From IMG/VR virus record IMGVR_UViG_3300028832_000131, positions 10,105 to 74,104 of that record: 64,000 nt of DNA; one strand, 5' to 3'. Each line of letters starts with the position of its first letter. Position 1 is the first letter of the stretch. Positions 43,924 to 53,201 of the stretch are shown here, piece after piece. The position numbers and the translations under genes are program-made. The notes beneath the pieces were generated by a model. It saw nothing but the letters and a program-made list of their open reading frames with translations. It did not search any database and was not told where the DNA came from. Source of the DNA: a virus (lineage: Duplodnaviria; Caudoviricetes).

Positions 43924-44250
43924 ATGGTTGAGCAAATAATAAAAACTATAATTAGCTATTTAGTCCCTGCATTAATAGGTTTTCTTATTGCACAAGTAAC
44001 TGGTTATAGAAAGAAAAACAATAGTATGAAAATTGCAATAATGACATTATTACAAAGTAATTTGACAAACACATATTTCTTATATGATGATGAAAAAACT
44101 ATACCTGACTATATATATAAAAATTTTCTTAACGAATTAAAAGCATACGAAGGATTAGATGGTGATGATTACGTTCACACTATTGCAGAAAAAATGAAAT
44201 CATGGAAGATTATTCGTACAGATATATTGCACGATAAACCACAAATATAG
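43924..44250 (+). CDS. Holin-like/lysis-associated membrane protein
   Basis: N-terminal TM, follows the endolysin. Confidence 0.55.
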   Translation: MVEQIIKTIISYLVPALIGFLIAQVTGYRKKNNSMKIAIMTLLQSNLTNTYFLYDDEKTIPDYIYKNFLNELKAYEGLDGDDYVHTIAEKMKSWKIIRTDILHDKPQI

Positions 44251-44300
44251 TAAGTTTATGAGGCGGTTTATTCCGCCTTTTTTTATAAAGGAGAAATCAA

Positions 44301-44570
44301 ATGGAAGAAGAAATTAAAGAAATAAGACAAATTGCATTAGAAAACAAAAAAGCAATTCAAGAGCATACTGAAAATATAAAAGAAAGTTTTGAAAAAATAG
44401 AACAAAACTCGTTTGTTTTAGATATTATTAAAGATTATAAAAACGAAATTGATACATTAAAAGACATTGTCAAAACAAACAAAAAAACAATTAAGATTAT
44501 GTTAGGTATACTAATATTTATGTTAATTTTATTAGGAGTTGTTTGTTATCATCATTTAATAATCGTGTAG
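44301..44570 (+). CDS. Coiled-coil protein with C-terminal TM
   Basis: Heptads then MLGILIFMLILLGVVCY. Confidence 0.6.
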   Translation: MEEEIKEIRQIALENKKAIQEHTENIKESFEKIEQNSFVLDIIKDYKNEIDTLKDIVKTNKKTIKIMLGILIFMLILLGVVCYHHLIIV

Positions 44571-44580
44571 GTGAAAGCCT

Positions 44581-44781
44581 ATGAAAAGTTTTAATTTTAG
44601 TAGAACTGAATATGAATACATTTGCGAAGAAGCGATGCTTAATGAAAAATATAGAAAACTTTTAAAAATGAAAATATTAGATTATTCAAGAGCCAAAATG
44701 GCAGATGAATTAGGCTATAGTATTGATACGATAGATGATATGGTGGCAGAGTTAAAGAAAAAAATAAAAAAAGCAATATAA
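44581..44781 (+). CDS. Sigma70-region-4/LuxR-like HTH (head of the post-lysis cassette)
   Basis: YSRAKMADELGYSIDTIDDMVAELKKKI. Confidence 0.7.
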   Translation: MKSFNFSRTEYEYICEEAMLNEKYRKLLKMKILDYSRAKMADELGYSIDTIDDMVAELKKKIKKAI

Positions 44782-44821
44782 TTACTAAAAACATTGCCAA
44801 TTTTAATACCAAAAATACTAC

Positions 44822-44851
44822 AAGAACATTACAAAACAATGTTCTTTTTTT
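44822..44851 (+). terminator. Intrinsic terminator after the HTH gene
   Basis: AAGAACATT/AATGTTCTT plus T-run. Confidence 0.7.
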
Positions 44852-44880
44852 ATGCAATAATGTAAGTGAAAGGAGATATT

Positions 44881-45003
44881 ATGACTGAATTAATGGAAGA
44901 ACTTTTAAAAATAATGGATAAAGAATGCGAAGAATGTAAAGAATGGCAAAAAAACAAGCCTCTCATAATTAATATATATGTAGGAGATGATGAATATGAA
45001 TAA
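44881..45003 (+). CDS. 40-aa acidic peptide with CxxC
   Basis: MTELMEELLKIMDKECEECKEWQKNKPLIINIYVGDDEYE; AAGGAG RBS. Confidence 0.5.
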   Translation: MTELMEELLKIMDKECEECKEWQKNKPLIINIYVGDDEYE

Positions 45004-45346
45004 TCAATATATAATAGATAATTTAGTAAGACAACGAGAAAAGATAGATGATATGCTACGTGGCTATCAACAACCTCAACCAATGAATGTATTTAATGTG
45101 GGAGGCACTCAAATCGATTTTGAGGCACGTATGATAGGCAAAGACGAGAAACCAAGTGAAATTATGGTACAACGTAAAACAGCGTTTATATCGTTGGATA
45201 ATTCGTTATTAACTATAAAAGAAATTAACGGAGATATTAAAGAATATAAAATACAAATACCAAAAACAAAAGAACAAATTGAAAATGAAGAGTTAAAGAG
45301 AAAAATTAAAGACTTAGAAGACAAATTAAGAGAGAGAGGTAAATAA
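44987..45346 (+). CDS. Cassette protein, Gln/Asn-rich N-terminus and coiled-coil end
   Basis: 119-aa ORF. Confidence 0.7.
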   Translation: MMNMNNQYIIDNLVRQREKIDDMLRGYQQPQPMNVFNVGGTQIDFEARMIGKDEKPSEIMVQRKTAFISLDNSLLTIKEINGDIKEYKIQIPKTKEQIENEELKRKIKDLEDKLRERGK

Positions 45347-45347
45347 T

Positions 45348-45548
45348 ATGAATATGAGTTTTTTACAACAAATAATTAAAAGTGGTAATCCAAAACAAAT
45401 GATATTAAATATGATGACACCACAACAAAAGCAAATGGCAGAAGCTTTTTTAAATAATCCTAACAGAGAACAAGCTTTGAAAGATCTGATGAAACAACAT
45501 AACGTAACAGATGAACAAATAAACTCTGTAAAAAGTATTATTAAATAA
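45348..45548 (+). CDS. Cassette protein, small Gln/Met-rich helical
   Basis: GNPKQMILNMM...ALKDLMKQHN. Confidence 0.7.
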   Translation: MNMSFLQQIIKSGNPKQMILNMMTPQQKQMAEAFLNNPNREQALKDLMKQHNVTDEQINSVKSIIK

Positions 45549-45583
45549 GATATTAATATTATTAATATAGAAAGGAGGACACA

Positions 45584-46096
45584 ATGAACGGAACAACAGG
45601 AATTGGGTTAGATTGGAGTGGTCTAATTGGATTACTTATCATAGCTGGGATATTTGGATATGGTAATGGGTTTGGATTTGGAGGCAATAATGCAGTATCT
45701 ACTTTGACAAATGCTGAGCTTCAAATGGGACTATACAATCAAACTACTGACAACGCTATTCGTGGCATATCAAGTCAAGTTGCTACCTTGAATGATACTG
45801 TCTTAATGGGTAAGTATGATAACGCATTACTAATGAAAGATGCGTCACAACAACTATCTAATAGTATTGCATCTATTGGTAATTTAGTAGTACAAGAAAA
45901 TCAGGCTACTAGAGATATGATAATGCAAAATAAGATTGATTCATTATCAGACACAATTACAATTCTACGTGGAGAGAATAGTAATTTAAAACAAACCGCT
46001 GAAATCACCCAAAATATTTTAGGTAGTTTAGCTACTACTGCTCCAAAACCACCATGTTATTATGGATATGGTTGCGGTTGCAATTCTCTATACTAA
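45584..46096 (+). CDS. Cassette protein: TM/Gly-rich N-terminus, coiled-coil stalk, Cys/Tyr/Gly tail
   Basis: LIGLLIIAGIFGYGNGFGFGG; ENQATRDMIMQNKIDSL; PCYYGYGCGC. Confidence 0.75.
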   Translation: MNGTTGIGLDWSGLIGLLIIAGIFGYGNGFGFGGNNAVSTLTNAELQMGLYNQTTDNAIRGISSQVATLNDTVLMGKYDNALLMKDASQQLSNSIASIGNLVVQENQATRDMIMQNKIDSLSDTITILRGENSNLKQTAEITQNILGSLATTAPKPPCYYGYGCGCNSLY

Positions 46097-46116
46097 GGTA
46101 TAGATTGACTTATATT

Positions 46117-46145
46117 GACTAGACACTATAAGTCTAGTCTTTTTT
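46117..46145 (+). terminator. Internal cassette terminator
   Basis: GACTAGAC/GTCTAGTC plus T6. Confidence 0.8.
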
Positions 46146-46164
46146 AAAGAAAGGAGGTAATAAA

Positions 46165-46527
46165 ATGTGTAATACAATATTTTGTTCAAACGTAACAACT
46201 ACTGATACAGCAGTTGTATTAATTCCTAATCAAGAAATTAAAACTTTAGAAAACGTTGGTTGTTATAGATTAATTATATGTTGCAACGCTACTGCTACTA
46301 GCAACTTGCCTGTATTTATTCAAGTAGGGACTACTAATATTCCTGTGTTATGTCATGCAGGTAATGTAGTATACTCTTCACAATTAACTAAACGTAAAAA
46401 TTATCCAATTATATATGGAAACGAAAACCCAGAATATACTAATGGACAATTTGTAATACAAGGTAATATATGCCCAAGAGCTGCAACTATACCAGCAGTA
46501 CAAACAACAACACAAAAAGTTAAATAA
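46165..46527 (+). CDS. Cassette protein: Cys-rich beta-sandwich-like
   Basis: Seven Cys, beta-rich, 120 aa. Confidence 0.7.
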   Translation: MCNTIFCSNVTTTDTAVVLIPNQEIKTLENVGCYRLIICCNATATSNLPVFIQVGTTNIPVLCHAGNVVYSSQLTKRKNYPIIYGNENPEYTNGQFVIQGNICPRAATIPAVQTTTQKVK

Positions 46528-46544
46528 AGAATGGAGGTGAAAGT

Positions 46545-46985
46545 ATGATAAAGGAATATATAAATAAAATAGGAAATATAAAAGATTCGAATAAAATGGA
46601 TAAATTAGGAGAAATGTTAGAAAAATTAATATATAATTTAAAAGATGAACACGAAGAAGAATATGAAAAATATAAAACAGAATTATACGAATTAGCTTAT
46701 GGGAAAAAGATAAGTAGAGAAATGGCAGTAGAGTGGGTGAATAGTATGAAACCATTAGGAGAATACTGGACTATAGACCAAACTACAAATGCTATGCAAA
46801 CGTTAGGATATAATTTAGATTCAATAGATTTTTATGTAGCGGCTAATATGATAATGAACGATTATAGTGATTTATTAGAAGAGGAAGAAGAATTAGCATT
46901 AAAAATGGCTTATGATTGGTTAAATGATGAAGATGCTAAAGATAATAAATTATATTGTTATTGGAAGCATATAGTAAAAAAATAA
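46545..46985 (+). CDS. Cassette protein: acidic helical
   Basis: AVEWVNSM..GEYWT..QT, FYVAANMIMNDY, AYDWLNDEDA...KLYCYW. Confidence 0.75.
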   Translation: MIKEYINKIGNIKDSNKMDKLGEMLEKLIYNLKDEHEEEYEKYKTELYELAYGKKISREMAVEWVNSMKPLGEYWTIDQTTNAMQTLGYNLDSIDFYVAANMIMNDYSDLLEEEEELALKMAYDWLNDEDAKDNKLYCYWKHIVKK

Positions 46986-47008
46986 GAGCATTAAACTCTT
47001 ATTTTTCT
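46981..47008. terminator. Bidirectional terminator
   Basis: AAATAAGAG...CTCTTATTT flanked by A and T runs. Confidence 0.65.
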
Positions 47009-47054
47009 TTAGGATAACACCTACTACGGACTAAATATATTATACCATATAAGT

Positions 47055-47083
47055 TTGACAAAAGCGAGTATATAGTGTATATT
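47055..47083 (+). promoter_or_regulatory. SigA promoter of a stand-alone gene
   Basis: TTGACA-17-TATATT. Confidence 0.7.
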
Positions 47084-47084
47084 A

Positions 47085-47369
47085 ATGCACTTAAAAAGGG
47101 GGTGTATATTTGTGAATTGTATTGTTACATACCAAAAGTCAAACGGGGAAATATTTATAAGACCATACGACCACTCTTGTTTTGCAATGAGTAAAAGAGT
47201 AGGGGACGAAACTTCAATGGGTTGGACTATAATTGATATACATTATAAATACAAAAACAACTATTATTGTTTTGATGATTTTATAAAGTTGTTCAATAGA
47301 GAAGTTAAAGAAAAATTAAACAAAAAAATGTTAAAATTCGTAATAAGAAAATTAAACAAATTAACTTAA
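47085..47369 (+). CDS. Stand-alone (moron-like) hypothetical protein
   Basis: Own promoter; likely GTG start near 47112 after GGGGTG. Confidence 0.6.
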   Translation: MHLKRGCIFVNCIVTYQKSNGEIFIRPYDHSCFAMSKRVGDETSMGWTIIDIHYKYKNNYYCFDDFIKLFNREVKEKLNKKMLKFVIRKLNKLT

Positions 47370-47429
47370 ATATATTGACATTAATATTGTAAACCTGAAA
47401 TAAAAAATAAAGGAATTACAAAAAAAGTA

Positions 47430-47458
47430 TTGACGAAGCAACAAAAGTATTATAAAAT
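47430..47458 (+). promoter_or_regulatory. SigA promoter for the phage B replication operon
   Basis: TTGACG-17-TAAAAT. Confidence 0.65.
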
Positions 47459-47602
47459 TGACTTGTAAATAGATAGAGGGACAAGATAATTTTTACCTTT
47501 TTTTGCTATATGTAGTACTTAACATAATATATATTACAACAATTTAGCCGAAATAGGTAAAACACTTATTTCGGTTTTTTTGTATCTATAGAAAGGAGAA
47601 AC

Positions 47603-47806
47603 ATGAAAGAATACAAATACCTTAACTTATTTTATGAGATGAGGAAAAACAAAGAGTTTTTAAAGGACGTAGCAGAGTTGTTAGACGTAACACCACAAAC
47701 AATAAGTGCTAAGTTAGCGGGAGAACATGATTGGACAATAGGTGAGATCGAAACACTATGCGAACATTACAATAAAGACTATTACGAATTATTTAAAAAA
47801 GATTAA
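47603..47806 (+). CDS. XRE/Cro-like HTH regulator (B)
   Basis: Homologue of 273-482 (DWTIGEIE..C.HY.KDYYELFK). Confidence 0.8.
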   Translation: MKEYKYLNLFYEMRKNKEFLKDVAELLDVTPQTISAKLAGEHDWTIGEIETLCEHYNKDYYELFKKD

Positions 47807-47821
47807 TTATGAATTGTGGGT

Positions 47822-47887
47822 ATAAAAAAAGACCTCTAGGCGATGGCTGAGGTCACGTAAATAATACGCACAAAAAAATTACTTACA
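47822..47887 (-). ncRNA. Putative antisense RNA upstream of rep (B)
   Basis: Promoter 47894-47922, stem GACCTC/GAGGTC, U7 tract. Ends approximate. Confidence 0.62.
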
Positions 47888-47893
47888 AACTAT

Positions 47894-47922
47894 ATTATAC
47901 AACAAATGAAATTATAAGTCAA
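47894..47922 (-). promoter_or_regulatory. Antisense SigA promoter (B)
   Basis: TTGACT-17-TATAAT. Confidence 0.8.
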
Positions 47923-47939
47923 TAAAGAAGGTGAGATAG

Positions 47940-48659
47940 ATGGGTTATATACAAATTGACAGAAATATTAGTAATAATTGGATATGGCAAAAAACACCGT
48001 TTTCTTATGGACAGGCTTGGATAGATTTATTGTTATTAGCAAATTATAAAGAAAATAAAAGAATAAAAAATAACGAAATAGTTATCTCTAATAGAGGAGA
48101 AGTAAACTTATCAATATTATATTTATCTAATAAATGGGGTTGGGACAGAAAAAAAACAACAAGATTTTTAGAGCTACTAGAGAGAGATAACATGGTGGAA
48201 CTTAACAAATCTAAAAATGGGACAACGATAAGGATAACTAATTACAATATATATCAACAAAATCAAGTAGATACGAAACAAAAAATGGGACAACAAAAGG
48301 ACAACGAATGGGACAACAACTCCCCATATATAAATAAAGAAAACAAAGAAATAAATAATATATATAAAGAAAGTATATCTAAAGATATACCAAAGAAAGT
48401 AGAAACAAAATATTTTGAAAGTTTAAAAGTAAATACATTGTTTAATGAGTTTTTAGAATTACGAAAGAAGATAAAAGCAGTAAATAGTGAAAGAGCTATA
48501 AACACACTAATAAACAAACTTAAAAACTATGATGAAGATACTCAGTACAAGATGATAGAAAATTCTATAGTTAATTCTTGGAAAGACGTGTATGAGCTTA
48601 AAGAACAAAAAAGAAAGGATAATGTTTTAGATACATTAAGGGAAATCTATAATGAGTAA
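47940..48659 (+). CDS. Phage replication initiator (B)
   Basis: GYIQIDRNI..WIW, AWIDLLLLAN; different C-terminal domain from A. Confidence 0.85.
   Translation: MGYIQIDRNISNNWIWQKTPFSYGQAWIDLLLLANYKENKRIKNNEIVISNRGEVNLSILYLSNKWGWDRKKTTRFLELLERDNMVELNKSKNGTTIRITNYNIYQQNQVDTKQKMGQQKDNEWDNNSPYINKENKEINNIYKESISKDIPKKVETKYFESLKVNTLFNEFLELRKKIKAVNSERAINTLINKLKNYDEDTQYKMIENSIVNSWKDVYELKEQKRKDNVLDTLREIYNE
48218..48400 (+). repeat. Origin (B): TGGGACAAC iterons plus the conserved palindrome
   Basis: Copies at 48218, 48286, 48298, 48309; 48365-48400 identical to 991-1026. Confidence 0.72.
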
Positions 48660-49182
48660 AAAAGAAATATCAAAAATAATTTTACTATTAAAAACTTCAT
48701 ATCCATACGCATTTAAAGATATGGAAAGAGAAGATATAACGAACATGGTAGACCTCTATGAAGAATTATTTAAAGAGAATACTTATGAAGAGGTATTAAC
48801 TGCTATCAAATGTATAGTAACTACAAACGAATATATGCCAGCAATCGCTACCATAAAAGCGAAGATATATGAACTAAGCCACCCGCAGCAAGAAAGTAAT
48901 AGTGACTTATGGGATAGTTTACTAAAAGCGATTGGCAATAGTAGTTACCATTCAGAAGAAGAGTTTGAAAAATTACCGTTGTTAGTTAAAGAGTATATAA
49001 GAAGTCCAAGACAATTACAAGAAATGGCTACAATGCCTAGTGATGAAATACATACAGTAGTTAAAGGACAATTTTTAAAACAAATCGAAATTATAAAACA
49101 AAATTATAAAGAAAGTGAAATAACAGGAAGAAACTTATTACAAGAAAAAGGATATATAAAATTAGAAGAGGTGATTGATTAA
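48652..49182 (+). CDS. G39P-like helicase loader/inhibitor
   Basis: KEISKIILLLKTSYP...Y.EV..AI.....NEYMPAIATI; directly after rep. Confidence 0.7.
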   Translation: MSKKEISKIILLLKTSYPYAFKDMEREDITNMVDLYEELFKENTYEEVLTAIKCIVTTNEYMPAIATIKAKIYELSHPQQESNSDLWDSLLKAIGNSSYHSEEEFEKLPLLVKEYIRSPRQLQEMATMPSDEIHTVVKGQFLKQIEIIKQNYKESEITGRNLLQEKGYIKLEEVID

Positions 49183-49835
49183 TGGAAAACGTAAAAAGTT
49201 TAAATGAAAGTATTATGGCAATAAGAGTTAAATTACAAAACGCACAATTAAAGAAAACAGGAAAGAATAGTTTTGCTGGATTTGATTATTTTGAATTAGC
49301 AGACTTTTTACCAAAGCTAAATGAATTAATGTTAGAAGAAGGATTAAATGATCTATTTACTATTGAAACAGATATGAATGAAACAATGGTAGCTAAATTG
49401 ACTTTGATAAAAGGTGAAGAAAAACAAGAATATAGAATGCCTTTTAAACTATTCGAAACACCAACTAACTTAAAGAAAGATAAAGATACTGGTGAAATAA
49501 GAGAAGTTAAAAGTATGCAAGATATTCAGTATTTAGGAGCATTAAATACATACTATAAACGTTATCTATACCTAAACGCATTTGGAATAACAGACGGTGA
49601 CGTAATTGATGCAATAGATAATACTGATATTGAAAACAAAAAGAAAAGTAAACAAGATCTAAAAGCAAGTCCAAAACAAATTGATATTATAGCTAAAAGA
49701 TATGTAGGCGAAAACTTAATTAAATTGCTTAAAGCAAACGAAATTGAAAAGATAGAAGATTTACCTGCAACAAAAGCTAGTGAAATTGTTAAATGGATAT
49801 TTGAAGAAAACAAGAAAGATGAAGGAGATAAATAA
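49182..49835 (+). CDS. ERF-family single-strand annealing protein (B)
   Basis: GKNSFAGFDYFELADFLP, QYLGALNTYYKRYLY. Confidence 0.75.
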   Translation: MENVKSLNESIMAIRVKLQNAQLKKTGKNSFAGFDYFELADFLPKLNELMLEEGLNDLFTIETDMNETMVAKLTLIKGEEKQEYRMPFKLFETPTNLKKDKDTGEIREVKSMQDIQYLGALNTYYKRYLYLNAFGITDGDVIDAIDNTDIENKKKSKQDLKASPKQIDIIAKRYVGENLIKLLKANEIEKIEDLPATKASEIVKWIFEENKKDEGDK

Positions 49836-49837
49836 TT

Positions 49838-50149
49838 ATGGAATTAATTAAAATAGAAAACGGATTAGAGGTTGCAAGTGAAGAATTAATAAATGCAGCA
49901 TTAGAGATTAAGTTTTTAGAAGAAAAATTAAAAGCAAAAAAAGATGCTCTTACACTAAGTCTTTTAGAAGAAATGGAAAGTAAAGAAATTAAAAAAATAG
50001 ATACCCCTGACGTAGTTATATCTTACATTGGAGAAAGTGAAAGGGAAACATTCGATTCTAAGAGATTTAGAGAAGACTATCCAGATATGTATGATGAATA
50101 TACCCGATTTAGCATAGTGAAACCTTCAATAAGGATAAAAATAAAATAA
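49838..50149 (+). CDS. Conserved phage recombination-region protein
   Basis: ETFDSKRFREDYPDMY motif. Confidence 0.6.
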   Translation: MELIKIENGLEVASEELINAALEIKFLEEKLKAKKDALTLSLLEEMESKEIKKIDTPDVVISYIGESERETFDSKRFREDYPDMYDEYTRFSIVKPSIRIKIK

Positions 50150-50163
50150 TATGGTGATAGATA

Positions 50164-50778
50164 ATGGAAGAATGGAGCATAAAGGGTGGAACATTAGAAT
50201 ATGACGATGAAGCACATTGCTACATATACGAGGGAATGATATTACCAAGTATTACACAAATCTTACAAACTAAGTTTGGTAAAAAATACGAAGGTGTAGA
50301 AACTAGGATATTAAATAGAGCTGCTGAAAAGGGAACACTAATACATAAAGCAATAGAAAAATTATGTAAGACTGGTGAGATGGAAGATTACAAAGAGGTA
50401 CGTAACTTTCTATTCTTACAAAAACATTATCAGTTTAATGTTATTGATAACGAAGTACCAGTTGTATTGTTTAAAGATGATATTCCTATAGCTGCAGGTC
50501 GATTAGATCTTGTATTAGAAATAAATAACGGATTATATCTAGGTGATATTAAAAGAACCTCAGTACTTGATAAAGAATATTTAGGTTATCAATTAAATCT
50601 TTATCGTATAGCATATCAACAATGTTATGAAAAGAAAATAAAAGGTCTAAGAGGAATCCACCTAAGAGATGATAAACGAAAGTTTGTACCAATTCCAATT
50701 AAAGAAGAAATGGCATGGAATTTGGTTGAAGAATATAAGAGGTGTGAAGATGAAAATGAAAAAGGACTCTTGTTTTAA
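50164..50778 (+). CDS. PD-(D/E)XK exonuclease (B)
   Basis: LPSITQIL, KGTLIH, AGRLDL, GDIKRT, YQLNLY. Confidence 0.8.
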   Translation: MEEWSIKGGTLEYDDEAHCYIYEGMILPSITQILQTKFGKKYEGVETRILNRAAEKGTLIHKAIEKLCKTGEMEDYKEVRNFLFLQKHYQFNVIDNEVPVVLFKDDIPIAAGRLDLVLEINNGLYLGDIKRTSVLDKEYLGYQLNLYRIAYQQCYEKKIKGLRGIHLRDDKRKFVPIPIKEEMAWNLVEEYKRCEDENEKGLLF

Positions 50779-50953
50779 TAAGTATGATAACTGCGTAAAG
50801 GTATATTGCAAATGCGGACGTTCAACACACTTTTTTAGAAATCATTCTGTAGAGTGTAATCATTGCGGACGTATGGTATATCCAACAAAAGAATGTGAGT
50901 TTAAAGAGAAAATGAAAATGAAATTGAGAAAGGAATTAAGTAAACATGAATAA
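50669..50953 (+). CDS. Small Zn-ribbon protein (B)
   Basis: CKCG...CNHCG; the true start is probably internal. Confidence 0.6.
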   Translation: MINESLYQFQLKKKWHGIWLKNIRGVKMKMKKDSCFNKYDNCVKVYCKCGRSTHFFRNHSVECNHCGRMVYPTKECEFKEKMKMKLRKELSKHE

Positions 50954-51374
50954 AGTATTTTTAAGAGGAGTAGTAACTAAAGATATAGAATTAAAATCCA
51001 CACAAAATAAAACAGCAATGACAAAGTTTAGTATTGCAGTAAGAAGAGATATAAAAAACGCTAATGGAGAATATGATACAGATTTTATTAACTGTATTGC
51101 ATTTGGCAAAATAGCTGAAACAATAAGTAAGTACTTTCATAAAGGTAGTGGAATACTTGTAATGGGGCATATTCAAACAGGTTCTTATGAAAAAGAAGAT
51201 GGAGGTAGAGTATATACTACTGACATTATCGTAGAAAATATTGAGTTTGATAGAAGCAATTCAAATAAAGAAACTGAGAAAGAGAAAGAAGAACCAAAAC
51301 AAAAACTAAGTGATGAACCATTTGAGAGTTTTGGTAGACAAGTTACTATAGATGAAAGTGAATTACCATTTTAG
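50946..51374 (+). CDS. ssb: Single-stranded DNA-binding protein (B)
   Basis: Homologue of 3263-3700; ELPF tail. Confidence 0.95.
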   Translation: MNKVFLRGVVTKDIELKSTQNKTAMTKFSIAVRRDIKNANGEYDTDFINCIAFGKIAETISKYFHKGSGILVMGHIQTGSYEKEDGGRVYTTDIIVENIEFDRSNSNKETEKEKEEPKQKLSDEPFESFGRQVTIDESELPF

Positions 51375-51382
51375 GAGTATGT

Positions 51383-51685
51383 ATGGAAGAAAGAAGATAT
51401 GGTGAGGATATATCTTTTGAAACTAGAAGAGAAAGTAATGACAAAGTAGATAAGAAAAAAAGATATAACCAAATAAAAGAGATTTTGAAAGAGTGGGGAG
51501 AATTAACAGCTAAGCAAATTGCAGTAATAATGCAAAAGAAAGGTTATATACCTACGTCAGAAAGAAATTTTACAAGTCCAAGACTAACTGAATTATGTAT
51601 ATCAGGTGAAGTAGAAATTGTTGGAAAAGAAAAATGTGAGTTTACTGGAAAGACAGTTAGTGTATTTAAGTTAAGAAATAATTAA
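51383..51685 (+). CDS. Winged-helix-like protein (B)
   Basis: Close homologue of 4509-4811. Confidence 0.65.
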   Translation: MEERRYGEDISFETRRESNDKVDKKKRYNQIKEILKEWGELTAKQIAVIMQKKGYIPTSERNFTSPRLTELCISGEVEIVGKEKCEFTGKTVSVFKLRNN

Positions 51686-51698
51686 TATAGGGGAATGG

Positions 51699-51971
51699 TT
51701 GAAAGAAAGGGAAATTATGAAAATTATAATAGATATATTTGTAATCGTATCATGTATAGCAATTATTTATATAGCTATCCATTATCTAATTATTGATATA
51801 AATAACGCTAAAAGAATAGAGCAAATTGATGAAGAAAAAAATAACACACAAATACAAATATATGAAATAAATCGAAGAGTTGTAGCGTTAGAAAAGGAAA
51901 ATCAAGATGAGGAACGAGATAGTACTAGAAAAAATAAAACAAGCAATAAGCATACTGGACGAAATAGATGA
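51699..51971 (+). CDS. Single-TM coiled-coil protein
   Basis: N-terminal TM. Confidence 0.55.
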   Translation: MKEREIMKIIIDIFVIVSCIAIIYIAIHYLIIDINNAKRIEQIDEEKNNTQIQIYEINRRVVALEKENQDEERDSTRKNKTSNKHTGRNR

Positions 51972-52347
51972 GATGATTGACACACAATCTATTGAAATAC
52001 AAAACACAGATCTACAACTAAGTGACTTATATCATTTGATAGAAAATAACGAATTAAGTGATTCAGCTAGTATAAACGTTGTTAAGAAAATACATTATTT
52101 AAGGCAATTAAGACGTAGTTTAAATAATGAACACGAAATAGAAAACACTTATAATATACACAAATCAAAATTATCAGGTAAAGATACAAGACAGTTTTTA
52201 TTACATGAAGTATATAAAACAGTTAAAAGTCTTGGCTCTAAATATAAAAACAGGATATTAACTGAGGAGGATATTCAAGAAATAATAGAACCTAAAAAGA
52301 AAAGAGGAAGACCTCCTAAGGAGAAAATAAATGAGAGAGAAAATTGA
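51907..52347 (+). CDS. Helical protein with AT-hook (KKRGRPP)
   Basis: 146 aa. Confidence 0.6.
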   Translation: MRNEIVLEKIKQAISILDEIDEMIDTQSIEIQNTDLQLSDLYHLIENNELSDSASINVVKKIHYLRQLRRSLNNEHEIENTYNIHKSKLSGKDTRQFLLHEVYKTVKSLGSKYKNRILTEEDIQEIIEPKKKRGRPPKEKINEREN

Positions 52348-52571
52348 AACCTATAAATTATTAATTACAGAAGAGTTAATACGAGTAGATTTAGAAAATA
52401 AGAAAGAAAACAAACAAGAATATCTAAAAATGACTAGAGTAGATTACTTAAAAAGATTGTTAAAATTGTTAAAGATGGTGGAAGAATGATTGAGTTTATA
52501 TTAGGATTTTTATTTACAATATTTTTAATAGCAGTAATAGTATTTTGTTTAATAGTAGGAGGTGATAAATA

Positions 52572-52766
52572 ATGAAAGCATTATTATTAAAAGCAAGTGA
52601 TTATGATTATCAAGAAAAAATTGAAGTAAATACAATAGAAGATTTATTAAAAATAGATAAGTCTTTAATTATCGAAAGTGATGAAGAAACATTAGATATT
52701 TTTAAAAACAGCGATAGTGATGATTTTGAAATGGTTATAACAATTTATGATGATTATATAGAGTAG
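52572..52766 (+). CDS. Acidic 64-aa protein
   Basis: GGAGGT RBS. Confidence 0.6.
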   Translation: MKALLLKASDYDYQEKIEVNTIEDLLKIDKSLIIESDEETLDIFKNSDSDDFEMVITIYDDYIE

Positions 52767-52778
52767 GTGATAAGTTAA

Positions 52779-53201
52779 ATGAATAATGAAATAAAAGAAA
52801 TATTAGATTATTTAAAAGAGTTTATTGATGAAGATAGATTAGAACAAATTAATCTTAATAGATGGTTTATTAGTTCATTATTAGATTACATAACTAATTT
52901 ACAAGAACAATTACATCAAGCGAGTTTAGATATTCAAGAATTAACTGAAAGAGATATTGAATGTCCTAGTTGGTGTGATAAATTAACTAAATTACAACAA
53001 GAAAATCAAGATTTAAGTAGAATGTGTGAATTATATGGTAAATCTTTGTATAATGCAGAATTAACAGATTATAAATCAAGAATAGATAAAGCAATAGAAT
53101 ATGTTAAAGAGTGTTATACACAACCACCTAACATAGAAAACTTTATGCACGAAGGAGAAATGAATTATTTATTAAATATATTAAGAGGTGAAGATAAATG
53201 A
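52779..53201 (+). CDS. IDKAIEY...LLNILRGEDK family protein
   Basis: Conserved flanks, unique core. Confidence 0.65.
   Translation: MNNEIKEILDYLKEFIDEDRLEQINLNRWFISSLLDYITNLQEQLHQASLDIQELTERDIECPSWCDKLTKLQQENQDLSRMCELYGKSLYNAELTDYKSRIDKAIEYVKECYTQPPNIENFMHEGEMNYLLNILRGEDK

Larger units (their letters stand above)
1..47370. mobile_element. One full genome length of siphovirus gene order (phage A; the part after ~37 kb may belong to phage B)
   Basis: Complete module set: replication, terS, terL, portal, scaffold, capsid, neck, tail tube, chaperones, tape measure, baseplate, lysis. No host genes or integrase seen. Confidence 0.92.

Noticed and set aside
50164-50778. Cas4 indicating a CRISPR-related locus
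   Set aside because: It is a PD-(D/E)XK nuclease without the four-Cys Fe-S pattern, in a standard SSAP-exonuclease-SSB module.
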